IMG/VR virus record: IMGVR_UViG_2706796753_000001
Location: 95,838 to 159,837 of that record
From: a virus
Lineage: Duplodnaviria > Caudoviricetes
DNA length: 64,000 bases
Strand: one strand, 5' to 3'
Shown in pieces: positions 30,460 through 40,759 of the stretch (its first letter is position 1; every line of letters starts with the position of its first letter). The notes beneath the pieces were generated by a model. The model was not told where the DNA came from and did not search any database. It saw only the letters and a list, made by a program, of their open reading frames with translations. A program made the translations under genes and the position numbers.

Positions 30460-32294
30460 TTGACAAAAAGTAAAATGGGTGATAATATAAAGGTAAGATA
30501 AAACAAGGGGGAGAAACAAATGGATTATGTAAGACAAGTAATCGATGAGTTGGATACCAAGTATGGTGATTATGGAGATTGGAGTAAAACTTCTGTATTA
30601 GGAGAACTGTTGTCTATTCTGGACTACGAACACATCGAATTCGATGAGTACAGAGCTATAGATGAAATCGACATTCTTATTGATAAGTACGAGAAGTACG
30701 GTGACTGGTCTAAGGTATCCGTATTAGGTGAAGTAAGGAGAGCTCTGTAGTGACTGTATTTATGAAGGATTTGCCTAAGACACAGAAGGCGAACAGGAAA
30801 TACAACAAGATAATCATCAGAAAACGACACACTCAAGATTTACTTGTCAGTCATCAAGAACTTCAATGGTTTGTCGATAAAATAAAAGAACTCGAAACAG
30901 AGTTAGTGAAGCCAAAGAGAGGGGAATTATAATGGCAGTACAACGTACAGGTTGGGAACATCATGATTTTCATGAAAGTATTAGAGGATTTAGCATCTCG
31001 CAGCTTCTAGATAAATATGTAGAACTTGATAAAGAATTAAATTCTCAAGCTGGTATCTTTTTGAAGGTACTAAACGCGAACCCGAATATGTCGGAAGACG
31101 ATAAAGAAGCTCTAACGTTTGAATGCACCTTATTAACAGAAAGAAAGCTTATTGCGGCAGAGGGAATTGTTAAAATTATGTTAGGTGAATCTAAGAGGGG
31201 GAATGTAAAATGAATAAAGAGGTAGAGTTAATTAAAGTGCCAGTAACGATTACGGATGAGTATGTAAAGGTAGTAGAGGCTATGGCAGAGTTGCAAGCTA
31301 AGGCTCATGAGTTAGGAGAGTCTTTAGATGAGATTTATGGAGTAGAAGAAGGCAGAAAACGAACAGATTTCGGAGGAACAATTCCTTACCTATTATGTGT
31401 ACGTTTGACAGGGAAGCCTTTATCTCAAATCGAAAAAGAAATTGACGAATCAATTGGAATGAACAAATCTATGGGTTATGGGTTTGACGAGAAGTTTTAC
31501 TTTACAAACAAATGGGTTGAGGAACAAGGGCTGTTCATCTAATAATAAAATAAAAGGAGAGAATAAAAATGACAACAACAAAATTACAAAAGGCAATGTT
31601 AAAAAATGCAGTATCTGGTGAAGTAGTATTTATTGAAGTGAATCGAGACAATCGAATTGTATTAACGGACTCAGAAGGAACTTCATCTACATATAGTAAG
31701 CGACATACATTTAATGGAGTAGTTAAAACGTTTGTTGGAGAGGGATGGCTTGATGTAACGGAGCAGCATAAGGTATTCAAGAATGTAGAAGCTCCTTTAT
31801 CAGAACCTCCAGAAATCGCGGTTATAGAGGAGTTAGAACCTGTAGCTCCTGTTGAACTAACAGTAATTAACAATGAAGAGAACGAAGAAGACAAAATCCG
31901 TAAAATGGTTGATGAGTTTGTAGATGCAAATAAAGCAGCATCGGAAGCTAAAAAAGTAGCGGACAAGATTAAAAAGGAAATCCGTGCTTATATGGATAAG
32001 AAAGGTATCAAGAAGTTGGCAGGGCTTAAGGACATGGAAGTATATCTACAAACTGCAAAAGCTTCTAACTCAACGTCTGACTACACAGATTACGATACCG
32101 CAATGCTACAACAAGTATTACCTCGTGAGTTGTTTGAGAAGATTTCAGAGGTGCGTGTATCCGCTAAGTTAGTTAAGAACTTAATGGAAGAGACTACATT
32201 CTCCGAATCAGAGGTACAAGCAATCAAGAAGGCAGAAGTTTACAATCTTGGTTCACCTAAATTCACAACTCGTAAGATTAAGGATGAGGCGTAA
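30460..32294 (+). other. Class 1 promoter (TTGACA 30460, TAATAT 30483) and hypothetical genes 30520, 30750, 30932, 31210, 31569
   Basis: Promoter spacing 17 bp; contiguous ORFs. Confidence 0.7.
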
Positions 32295-32383
32295 GCTTCT
32301 CCTTTTTTCTTTATTTTATGCTTTACTTTTAGTAAAAGTCATGTTAATATATTAATAGAGATACTTACTAGGAGGAGAAACAA

Positions 32384-33301
32384 GTGAAACTAAAGACAGA
32401 TAAAATCAGAAACTATGACTTAATCGTAAGAGCTCAAGAAGGTGATGAAGATGCTATGAACATCCTATTGAAGAAGTACAAAGCATTAATATGGTCATGT
32501 GTACATGCTCATGACATCTGGGAGGCTAACCAAGAGGATGCGTTCCAAGAGGGTGCTAAAGGGTTTATCAAAGCTGTGCAGCGCCTTGATTTAGAGGTAG
32601 GATATGAGCTTTCTACATATGCTAAGAAATGTGTTGATGGGACAATTAAGAACTATTTAAGGGATTCGCGGGTTATGAAAGTACCGCCACACGTAGAGAA
32701 GTTAGCGAGGAAGCTTAAGGCACAGGAAATTATTCCGAGTGATATTAGAGTCATCGCAGATACATATGGTGTTAGTTACGAGGATGCACGAGAAGCAATT
32801 ATCTATTTAAATGCAGGAAATATCTTGAGCATGGATATGACTATAGAATCAGGGAAGTCTAATAATGATGGCGGAGTTTCTATTGGAGCTATCATGTCTA
32901 ATGAATATCACGAGATGTCTATGGACAATAAGGTTTGTCTCCGTATGTTAGTGGACAAGCTACCAGCCAATGAAAAGCATGTGATTGCCCGTAAGTACTT
33001 TGATGGGGCAAAGAATGGTGAATTAGGTAAAGAGCTAGGAGTACATAAGAATACGGTATACAACATAGAACAAGATGCTTTACGTAACTTAAGACGATTG
33101 ATGCGCGATGAGGATGTACAAGCTCCTGTACGAGCTAAGAATGGTAGAGGGCAGGTTAAGAACAAAGGTGACCGCGAGACAGCTAAGAAACTATTAAAAG
33201 AAGGTAACATGTCTTACGTACATATTTCTCGTGAAACTGGAGTTCCAGAAGGTACATTATCCTCATGGGCTAGTAAACTTAAAAGAGGTATCGAAATCTA
33301 A
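32384..33301 (+). CDS. SigF/SigG/SigB-like sigma factor with an extra C-terminal HTH
   Basis: LI.RAQEGDEDAM, EDAFQEG.KGFIKAV.R.D...GYELSTYA...V.G.IKNYLRD...KVP, region 4 LPANEK.VI...YFDG; own promoter TTTACT(32322)-17bp-TAATAT. Confidence 0.88.
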   Translation: MKLKTDKIRNYDLIVRAQEGDEDAMNILLKKYKALIWSCVHAHDIWEANQEDAFQEGAKGFIKAVQRLDLEVGYELSTYAKKCVDGTIKNYLRDSRVMKVPPHVEKLARKLKAQEIIPSDIRVIADTYGVSYEDAREAIIYLNAGNILSMDMTIESGKSNNDGGVSIGAIMSNEYHEMSMDNKVCLRMLVDKLPANEKHVIARKYFDGAKNGELGKELGVHKNTVYNIEQDALRNLRRLMRDEDVQAPVRAKNGRGQVKNKGDRETAKKLLKEGNMSYVHISRETGVPEGTLSSWASKLKRGIEI

Positions 33302-33320
33302 TTTCCAAGGAGTGGTTGTA

Positions 33321-33557
33321 ATGACAGTAAGAACGATTATTATACCTGTTAGAGATAATTACGGTTTCTTACGAGAGTTAAAAGAAGTTACTGTTGAATG
33401 GAGCTGCCCTACTTGTGGTGAGGAGATGGGATATCCAGAACTACATACATTCTTTGGGTATGCAGAGTCTTATACTGCACATACTTGGGATAGCCAGTGC
33501 GGTCATATCGTGAGATACTTAGATTTAAAAGAAGTACAAAAAGGTATCGAAATTTAG
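33321..33557 (+). CDS. Zinc-finger protein
   Basis: W.CPTCG...HTW...CGH; AAGGAG RBS. Confidence 0.65.
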   Translation: MTVRTIIIPVRDNYGFLRELKEVTVEWSCPTCGEEMGYPELHTFFGYAESYTAHTWDSQCGHIVRYLDLKEVQKGIEI

Positions 33558-33576
33558 AAAATATTCAAAATAACCC

Positions 33577-35262
33577 TTTACATAATGTAAAATACATGGT
33601 AAGATGAAGTTAACTTAATAAGACAAGGAGGTTTTACAGATGAAGGTTAAAGAGGTTGTTGTAACGTTGCTTGCTATCATAGGCGCGTTATCAATTTGTA
33701 ACTACATCGTTGTTACAGCTCCTCAATTAGTTAACTTCATGTTCTGGGTTATGATTTTTCTTATCAGTGCAGCTTCGTATAATCACTTTGCAAATAAGAA
33801 ACGAAATAAAGACAAAGGGGATGAATAACAAATGTCACCAGAATTTTTAAGACGCATGGTACAACGAGCAAAAGAAAGAAAGATTGAAGAGATGGAACAG
33901 GAGTTAGGAGAGCCGTTTATGGCTCTTGTACGTAAAGTGGACGACCTTATGTATGACGTAGCTTCGGAAACTTGGTCAACAATTGTAATAGACACGTATC
34001 ACTTCTTCCCAGAGGTTAGATATATGAAGCACGGAGATAGAATTAGAGAAGTTAGAGAACCGTATTTCATGAACTCCGACTTCAACACATACACTGATAA
34101 GTTGGCTAGGTACTATTGTCTTCGAGGGTTTAATGCTGAGAGCGGATATAACGAATCAGTATACGAGTACGCTTATGTACACAGTTTGAAAATTAGTTGG
34201 TCACTTGAAGGAGGTGAATAATCGTGGGTGTATCCAATTTAGTTTACGAGATTACAAAACTAATAAGCGATAGTAAGGAAGGTAAGTAAGTTTTATGGAA
34301 TTAATGCAAGAAAAGATAAGACAAGCTATCGTAGCTTTAGAGAGTGCTAGTGAGGCGTTAGACGAAGATAGCATTCAATTAGGTCTAGGACAACTAGATG
34401 TCGCAGAAGACGCGGTATCGGGTTGTAAATGGCTTTTAAGAAGTGAATTAAAATTTAGGGAGGAAAATTAAATGTCATTACTTTTACAAGGTTTAGTGGA
34501 GTTTGGTAATAAGTGTAATGTAGTACATAATTTTAAAGGTAAAGAAGTGAGTTATAATTTACTATCTCAGTTTTGGGAAGATAGTAAAATCAAACAATAC
34601 GATGATAATGGAGAGACTGAACACAACTTAATCGATTACGACGGGTTACTGCTGTTCCACGCGTTTAAAGTTTATGAGTCAGGAAACGTCCATGAGTATT
34701 TCGTAGTAGTTGAAGATGAGGCGCAAGCGGATGCTCTATACGAGAATCATAAATTCGGAGAATACGAAGGGTTTGAATGGTTCTTGTTCGACGGAGATAC
34801 AGATTTCCATAGCTTGGAGTTCCCAGCATGAATATAGCGTTTCATATACCAGAGTGGTTGTTAGGGATACTGTGTTTTATAGCAGCAGTACCTGTGTTAG
34901 CTATGTTGTGGGCGTATATTACATTTAAAAGGGGTTAGAGTATGAGTTATATAGAGGCACGACTAAACGGTAAAGAAGAACCAGTAATTGGAGTAGGTAT
35001 TACAGATTTTCTACTTGCAGAAGGATTTAAAGTAGGAAGTGGAGCGCAAGGTGAAGGTCACATGTATTATGTCGCTTCTACTGGAGGGCTATATGATGCT
35101 TGGCTTGCAGTTGGTGAAGATTTCATTAGTGTGTATGTAGAGTACAACTGTGGCGGTCATATCGACGATGAGAAGTTCGGATATCGTTCATTCAATTTAG
35201 AAAGCTTCAAGAATGCCTATGTAGCGGCTGTAGAGTTCGCTAATGATTATGTAAATAGATAG
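33577..35262 (+). other. Class 1 promoter (TTTACA-17bp-TAAGAT) and hypothetical genes 33640, 33832, 34472, 34942
   Basis: Promoter and RBS-preceded ORFs. Confidence 0.7.
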
Positions 35263-35329
35263 AGAGAGAACATGGACAAGCATGAGTGTTACATCATTAC
35301 AATACCACCTAAATAAAGGAGTAATGATT

Positions 35330-36055
35330 ATGAGCATGTTGAGTTTTATTGGAAGAGGTAGCGCATTTAATACAGAAGAAGGAAACAACAGCGCATATTT
35401 TGTGCATGAAGGGGAGTTAATCCTTATTGATTGCGGTAGTAACATTTTTGATAGGCTAAAGGCTTCTAGGATGTTAGATGTATTCAAAAGAGTACGAGTG
35501 ATTATTACACATACACATCCAGACCATATCGGTTCATTAGGTGATTTAATTTTCTATAACTACTTTAAAATGGGTACGATGGGTGAAAAAGACATCCATG
35601 TGTATGCACCTTATACACTTAAATTAGGTAAGATTCTTCAATTAATGGGAGTCACAACCGACTACTACCATCTACATCAATTCGATAATAATGAGACGAT
35701 GAGCTTTACTCACAGTAATATCCGATTAACGGCTGTCCCTACTCGACATGTGGACGAGCTAGTAACCTACGGATACTTGATTGATAGACTAGGTACAACC
35801 ATCTATTATAGTGGGGATGCGAACAGAATCCCTCATTATATTATGGAAATGTTGGACAACGATGTCATTGATGAGTTTTACCAAGATACGTGTGCAGCTC
35901 ACTATGAAGGTAATGTACACTTCTCTTTACATAACTTAGCTTTAGCGATTACATCACCAGAAATCAGAAAGAAAGTATATTGCATGCATTTAGATGAAGG
36001 ATTCCCTATCGAGAAAGTACAACTTATGGGATACAATGTTGTAGAAGTAAGTTAA
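35330..36055 (+). CDS. Metallo-beta-lactamase-fold hydrolase, Apyc1-like (anti-Pycsar) candidate
   Basis: G.GSAF...NNSA...LIDCG, THTHPDH, H, YSGD, VH, MH motifs. Confidence 0.75.
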   Translation: MSMLSFIGRGSAFNTEEGNNSAYFVHEGELILIDCGSNIFDRLKASRMLDVFKRVRVIITHTHPDHIGSLGDLIFYNYFKMGTMGEKDIHVYAPYTLKLGKILQLMGVTTDYYHLHQFDNNETMSFTHSNIRLTAVPTRHVDELVTYGYLIDRLGTTIYYSGDANRIPHYIMEMLDNDVIDEFYQDTCAAHYEGNVHFSLHNLALAITSPEIRKKVYCMHLDEGFPIEKVQLMGYNVVEVS

Positions 36056-36255
36056 GGGTTAGGAGATACATAGAATGAACAACTTAGAGGAGTTCCGATA
36101 TGCGGTTGTGTATCGGAGCAATCCCAACATCAGGTTATCTAAAACATTCACGAGGAAGGGAGATGCAAAGGCTTATAGACGCAAACGATTTAAAGATGAT
36201 ACCGAGCGCTATAAGATTGCAACATATAAATTGATTTTAATGGAGGAGAGTTAAT

Positions 36256-36636
36256 ATGGAAGCACCACCACACGAATACAGTATCGAAGACATAACAACT
36301 ACTGTACAGATTTTTGACCGCACTAAGTTCATGGTCGGTAACCCAGTTATCATTATGGAAAAAGTAGCGGATTGGGAAAAGATGAAATGGCGTACTCGTC
36401 ATGGTATTGTACAAGAGTACCTTGATGCTAGATTGAAAGTTATATTAATCCCTTACTCTAATGGTAAGACAGAGGTTGTCGAGTTTCGTACAAGTGATTT
36501 AGATGAATATCTCCGAGTTATCCCTACAATAGCTTATATCGAAGATATGAAAACATATATGGGAGCGCTTGAAGAAGGTATGGAATTCCTAAGCGATAAG
36601 AATAAAGAACTGGAGGCGGCAGCTAATGAAAACTAA
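36256..36636 (+). CDS. Hypothetical protein
   Basis: GGAGGAG RBS. Confidence 0.65.
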   Translation: MEAPPHEYSIEDITTTVQIFDRTKFMVGNPVIIMEKVADWEKMKWRTRHGIVQEYLDARLKVILIPYSNGKTEVVEFRTSDLDEYLRVIPTIAYIEDMKTYMGALEEGMEFLSDKNKELEAAANEN

Positions 36637-37780
36637 AATGTTACTACCTGATAAAATTAAAGTAGGCTTTCAATACCGTAGCGATACATACTCTGGTAAA
36701 CTCGCATATGTCACATACTTTGACCATAAAGGTGAATTGAAGAAGGCAAATAGCTGGGAAGGATGGCGTGACACAGATATCGAACCTGTAGAAATGGACA
36801 ACCTACCTACAGAAGGATTCGTATTCAACCGTAGCGGCGGAGGCAACCCATCTTGGAGTGACCGTAAAGCATTCTGTCGTGTATGGCATCCTGACGGATG
36901 GGAATTTGAAATCTCAATCGACAATATGATGTACATTATGGCTTGTTGCGATATCATGAAAGGTAAAGGTGTTATCGGAGAATTGATATTCGCATGGGAT
37001 GGGCAAACGCTAGTACTCTTACCTGTAGAGTCTCCAGCCTATACAGACATTGTAGAATATACACAATTCATCACGCAAAACGAACCATTAAAGGCAAAGG
37101 ACTTAAAGGTTGGATATACATACTTAGATAAAGATGAACAAGAGTACGTGTACTTAGGACGATTCTTTGAATATGGTAGTAAACCACTAGAGCGTTCTAA
37201 AGCTAGAAAACATTTCTTTGCTGCTAAATCTTATTGGGATAAATCAGATTTCCCGTATTATGTCATTACTGTAGGTTCGTTAGGTAAACGATTCTTAATG
37301 GAGCATCCTAGAGGTGTTGTAGAAGATTTCACACCATATCAAGAACTATTAGATAGCAGCTTTTACTACTCGCCTATCAAGTTTAGTTCTCCAGAGTTAG
37401 TGCCTCTAAGTTATAGAGACATCTATAAACGTATGGATTACTTGATTGGGCAAGATGATTGGAATCCTAAAGTAACGTTCCATGTACCGAAATGGGGAGC
37501 TAGTCATGTTTTCGCATTGAAACGTAGAAAGGTGTATGGAGGAAATAAAGCTCCATACCTTCGCACAGCAGCAGATGTTATCGGTTATGAATTTTACGTT
37601 ACAAAAGCAGCAGAGGATTACTACTGGAACGATAGTGAAATCTGGAGCGGAACTTTAGATGAGTTCGAAGAAGAGTTCAGTGGGAATATGCAGCCGCATT
37701 ATACGAAAACGTATTTAGAATCAGGGAAAGTATATAAAGTAAGTGGATACAATCCAGAAACAAACAAGGAGGATAACTAA
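36626..37780 (+). CDS. Hypothetical protein (384 aa)
   Basis: Long ORF with GGAGG RBS. Confidence 0.8.
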   Translation: MKTKMLLPDKIKVGFQYRSDTYSGKLAYVTYFDHKGELKKANSWEGWRDTDIEPVEMDNLPTEGFVFNRSGGGNPSWSDRKAFCRVWHPDGWEFEISIDNMMYIMACCDIMKGKGVIGELIFAWDGQTLVLLPVESPAYTDIVEYTQFITQNEPLKAKDLKVGYTYLDKDEQEYVYLGRFFEYGSKPLERSKARKHFFAAKSYWDKSDFPYYVITVGSLGKRFLMEHPRGVVEDFTPYQELLDSSFYYSPIKFSSPELVPLSYRDIYKRMDYLIGQDDWNPKVTFHVPKWGASHVFALKRRKVYGGNKAPYLRTAADVIGYEFYVTKAAEDYYWNDSEIWSGTLDEFEEEFSGNMQPHYTKTYLESGKVYKVSGYNPETNKEDN

Positions 37781-37781
37781 T

Positions 37782-38201
37782 ATGGCAACGAATGATGAAA
37801 TTATCTTAAAATTAAAAAAGAAGATTGAGGATAAGGAACATAACCTTAGTATCCTTAAAGCAGGTCGCGTACCTACGAAAACAAACTGTATGTTCCCTTG
37901 GGACGGTACAACATATAATTTCAATGCACTTTCTGTAGGAGACTTAAAGCTCCTTAAATTACGATTACATAGTCTGGTGTTAGCATCAGAGGATTTAGAT
38001 ATGCAGGACTTCTTTGATATCGAGATTGGAGGCTTCCCGATTTCTAGATGGATTTGCGACCTAGATATTAAGATTGATGAAAAGCAGGTTCTTGTCGAGC
38101 AGAAGAAATTAAATGAGATGAAGGCTCAATTAGATAAGATGTTATCCGAGGACAAGAAAACGGAATTAAAATTAAAAGAAATGGCAGCATGGCTGGAGTA
38201 A
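37782..38201 (+). CDS. Coiled-coil hypothetical protein
   Basis: AAGGAGG RBS; follows the 384 aa gene by 1 nt. Confidence 0.75.
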   Translation: MATNDEIILKLKKKIEDKEHNLSILKAGRVPTKTNCMFPWDGTTYNFNALSVGDLKLLKLRLHSLVLASEDLDMQDFFDIEIGGFPISRWICDLDIKIDEKQVLVEQKKLNEMKAQLDKMLSEDKKTELKLKEMAAWLE

Positions 38202-38208
38202 GTACAAC

Positions 38209-38239
38209 AGGCACGGGATATAGTCTCGTGTCTTTCTTT
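38209..38239 (+). terminator. Rho-independent terminator
   Basis: AGGCACGGGA-TATAG-TCTCGTGTCT followed by TTCTTT. Confidence 0.7.
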
Positions 38240-38342
38240 ATGTTCATTTGTCATACTTTTTAAACTTTTTTAATCATAGACAGACATCAAATGTGGGAAA
38301 GAGTAATACAATGTATTAAATCAACAGCAAGGAGGAGTTAAA

Positions 38343-39416
38343 ATGAAAAACAATATCGGATTATCTGTAGGTGCAGTAGATGATGGTTTTGGGGATGTAA
38401 AGGCAGATAATAATGGGAATCCATTCTTAGTTCCTTCATTCGTAACTAGCTTTAAGAAGAAACCTGAGAACGACTTCGCTACAGATAACAATGGTCAATA
38501 CATCGCGTGTGAGATTGACGGTAAACGTTATACAGTAGGTTGGTACGCATCTAAACTTGACCCAGATATTGAATGGACTGGAGGAGAAAACAAACATAAT
38601 GATAAGAATTTTTCGATTATTATGAAAACAGTGTTAGCTCTTCTAAGTAAAGGGAGTCATGAGACTATCTATACATTGATGATGAACTTACCAATCAAGA
38701 ATGATACACCAGAGCGTAGAAAGCAATTAACAGATATTGTTCGCGGAGTACATGAGGTGAAATTATCTTACGATGGCATCAATTTTATCGATAGAACAAT
38801 CATGGTTGAAGATGTATGTATAAAAAAGCAGCCTTTTGGAAGCCTATGTGATGTAATGCTTGATAATAATGGAGAGATTGTTGACCATGATATCGCGAAA
38901 GGCTTTAACGTATTAGCAGATATTGGGGCGAGAACACTCAACGTCCTTACATTAGACTCTCTAGAGGAGCAGCCAGAGCTTACAACACATACAAACGCAG
39001 GAATGTATAGTAGCTACCTACAAATCGGTAAGTATCTTGAGCAGCATCTAGGAGCAGTCATTCCAAATGGGAAACTTCCATTAATCATCCAGAGTCAAGA
39101 AATTAAAGGTATGTGCATCAAGGAAGTTATCAATCAAGCTTACGAAAATCATGCAAATACTATCATGAATACACTTGACAGAATTTTGATTAACTCTTGG
39201 TCATTTGTAGATACGGTTATCTTTACAGGCGGGGGTTCTGAGTTGTTGAAACAGTACTTAGAGGCTCGTTACCGTAATATGGGAGTTAAAGTACTCTTCT
39301 TAGATAGATATTCGAATGTACGAGGATTACGTAAATACGGTATTAGACAAAGTGCAAGAGCTCAGAAGGACACCGTAATGATTAAAGTGGGTAGCAACAG
39401 CTACAGAAAGGGGTAA
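38343..39416 (+). CDS. parM: ParM/StbA-family actin-like ATPase
   Basis: Phosphate 1 VDDGFGDVK, connect 1 QPFG, phosphate 2 DIGARTLN, adenosine FTGGGS, connect 2 NVRGL. Confidence 0.88.
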   Translation: MKNNIGLSVGAVDDGFGDVKADNNGNPFLVPSFVTSFKKKPENDFATDNNGQYIACEIDGKRYTVGWYASKLDPDIEWTGGENKHNDKNFSIIMKTVLALLSKGSHETIYTLMMNLPIKNDTPERRKQLTDIVRGVHEVKLSYDGINFIDRTIMVEDVCIKKQPFGSLCDVMLDNNGEIVDHDIAKGFNVLADIGARTLNVLTLDSLEEQPELTTHTNAGMYSSYLQIGKYLEQHLGAVIPNGKLPLIIQSQEIKGMCIKEVINQAYENHANTIMNTLDRILINSWSFVDTVIFTGGGSELLKQYLEARYRNMGVKVLFLDRYSNVRGLRKYGIRQSARAQKDTVMIKVGSNSYRKG

Positions 39417-39421
39417 TAGTC

Positions 39422-39700
39422 ATGAGGAAGTCGGTCTATCTGAGAGAAAAGTTAGATGATGACATCTTAAAAGTGATAGAACCTCTTTTGAAGCATCATA
39501 GCTTTGCTCATATCATGCGGGAACTAGCTAGAGACGGTATCAAATATAGGAGCGGTGAAGGCGTTGTAGCGGTATCACACAAAGTCATACAAAGTCCGAT
39601 ACCAGAACAACCGCTACCAACTGCTCCATTAAAAGAAATCAAATTAACCAAGAAAGAAGCATCTAATGAAGACATAGCAGACAGACTAGATAACTTCTAA
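39422..39700 (+). CDS. ParR-like ribbon-helix-helix adaptor
   Basis: N-terminal strand RKSVYL plus two helices, flexible linker, C-terminal IADRLDNF; directly after the actin. Confidence 0.7.
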   Translation: MRKSVYLREKLDDDILKVIEPLLKHHSFAHIMRELARDGIKYRSGEGVVAVSHKVIQSPIPEQPLPTAPLKEIKLTKKEASNEDIADRLDNF

Positions 39701-39760
39701 ATTCCCTTTTTCCCAAATTCCTAAATTCCCTAGAAATCCTAAATTCCCTGCTATTTTCCC
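39697..39760. repeat. Iteron-like direct repeats (parC/clt candidate)
   Basis: Exact CTAAATTCCCT at 39697, 39721 and 39739 plus partial copies. Confidence 0.8.
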
Positions 39761-39784
39761 GCATTTATATGAGTGTTATAGCGG

Positions 39785-39946
39785 CTAATTTACTATCCCG
39801 TAATCGTGCAAAATTTTAAGAATTTGCTCTAACTCTTCCATACTAATATCCACATTTCTCTTCTGATTGATGTCATGAAGAACTAAATGATTTACCTTTT
39901 GCATCTGTCTTTCATACTGAGCTAAAGAATCTGTGAACCAAGACAT
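39785..39946 (-). CDS. Small helical protein (53 aa, not in track)
   Basis: MSWFTDSLAQYERQ...HDYGIVN-TAG; GAGAGG RBS 11 nt upstream; fills the intergenic gap. Confidence 0.55.
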   Translation of the reverse strand: MSWFTDSLAQYERQMQKVNHLVLHDINQKRNVDISMEELEQILKILHDYGIVN

Positions 39947-40023
39947 ATAATCATCGTCCTCTCGTGTTTGATAGTTCTATCATTACCAAAATAAAATTAT
40001 TTATACAAAGGAGCGATAAAATT

Positions 40024-40218
40024 ATGGGTATTGCGGCTGTTAGTGCTGGAATCGCATTAGTTTGTACGACTGGATTGGCTTTGTCAACGGTATTTAAGTT
40101 CCTCCACTCATTCGAAATGGATGTAGGTGCTAAGAAAGATAAGGAGCGACGTAATCGTAGAGATGTGAATGAGGAGCGTTTCGAGAGTATGGCTAACCGT
40201 TCAAGATTAAACAAATAA
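40024..40218 (+). CDS. Small membrane-anchored protein
   Basis: AAAGGAG RBS; hydrophobic N-terminus and charged C-terminus. Confidence 0.65.
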   Translation: MGIAAVSAGIALVCTTGLALSTVFKFLHSFEMDVGAKKDKERRNRRDVNEERFESMANRSRLNK

Positions 40219-40231
40219 GGGAGCGATTACG

Positions 40232-40759
40232 ATGATTATCAATTACAATGCAAAACACAAAGATGCTTGGGTGGAGTACACACCTTTTAAAAAGGTTCAG
40301 ATGCAGGATGAGTCGGTTTTTATCTATCAAAATATAAAGGAGAAGATAATGAATGCAACAGGCATGCAGAAATTAAAGAAAATAAAGCAAGCAAAGAAGA
40401 TAATCAAAATGTCACTGTCAATATTAGGAGCAAGCGCAGGTCTTTCGACGAGAGCCTTTGCAAGTGGAGTAACAGGGAACACGCCTCTACTCAATCCGTT
40501 AAATCCGACGATTATGGTGGAGTACGGATTGCAGATAGCATTCATAGCTGTGGGAGTAGCAGTAGCATTAAGTATCGTCCTACTAGTAATAGCAGGAACA
40601 TTGAGAATGTTCAGAAAAAGCAACGAAGCCAATATGTGGACGCAGGATATCATAAAGGGAATCACACAGGTACTGATAAGCGTTCCAAGTATCTACATTA
40701 TTTACCGAGTAGCAAGCTACTTATTCAGAAATTTAAACTTCTTAAGTCTAGGCTTCTAA
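40232..40759 (+). CDS. VirB2/TrbC pilin-like membrane protein
   Basis: Basic stretch plus hydrophobic segment ending RAFA, then two TM helices with a short A..W...IIKG linker. Confidence 0.55.
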   Translation: MIINYNAKHKDAWVEYTPFKKVQMQDESVFIYQNIKEKIMNATGMQKLKKIKQAKKIIKMSLSILGASAGLSTRAFASGVTGNTPLLNPLNPTIMVEYGLQIAFIAVGVAVALSIVLLVIAGTLRMFRKSNEANMWTQDIIKGITQVLISVPSIYIIYRVASYLFRNLNFLSLGF

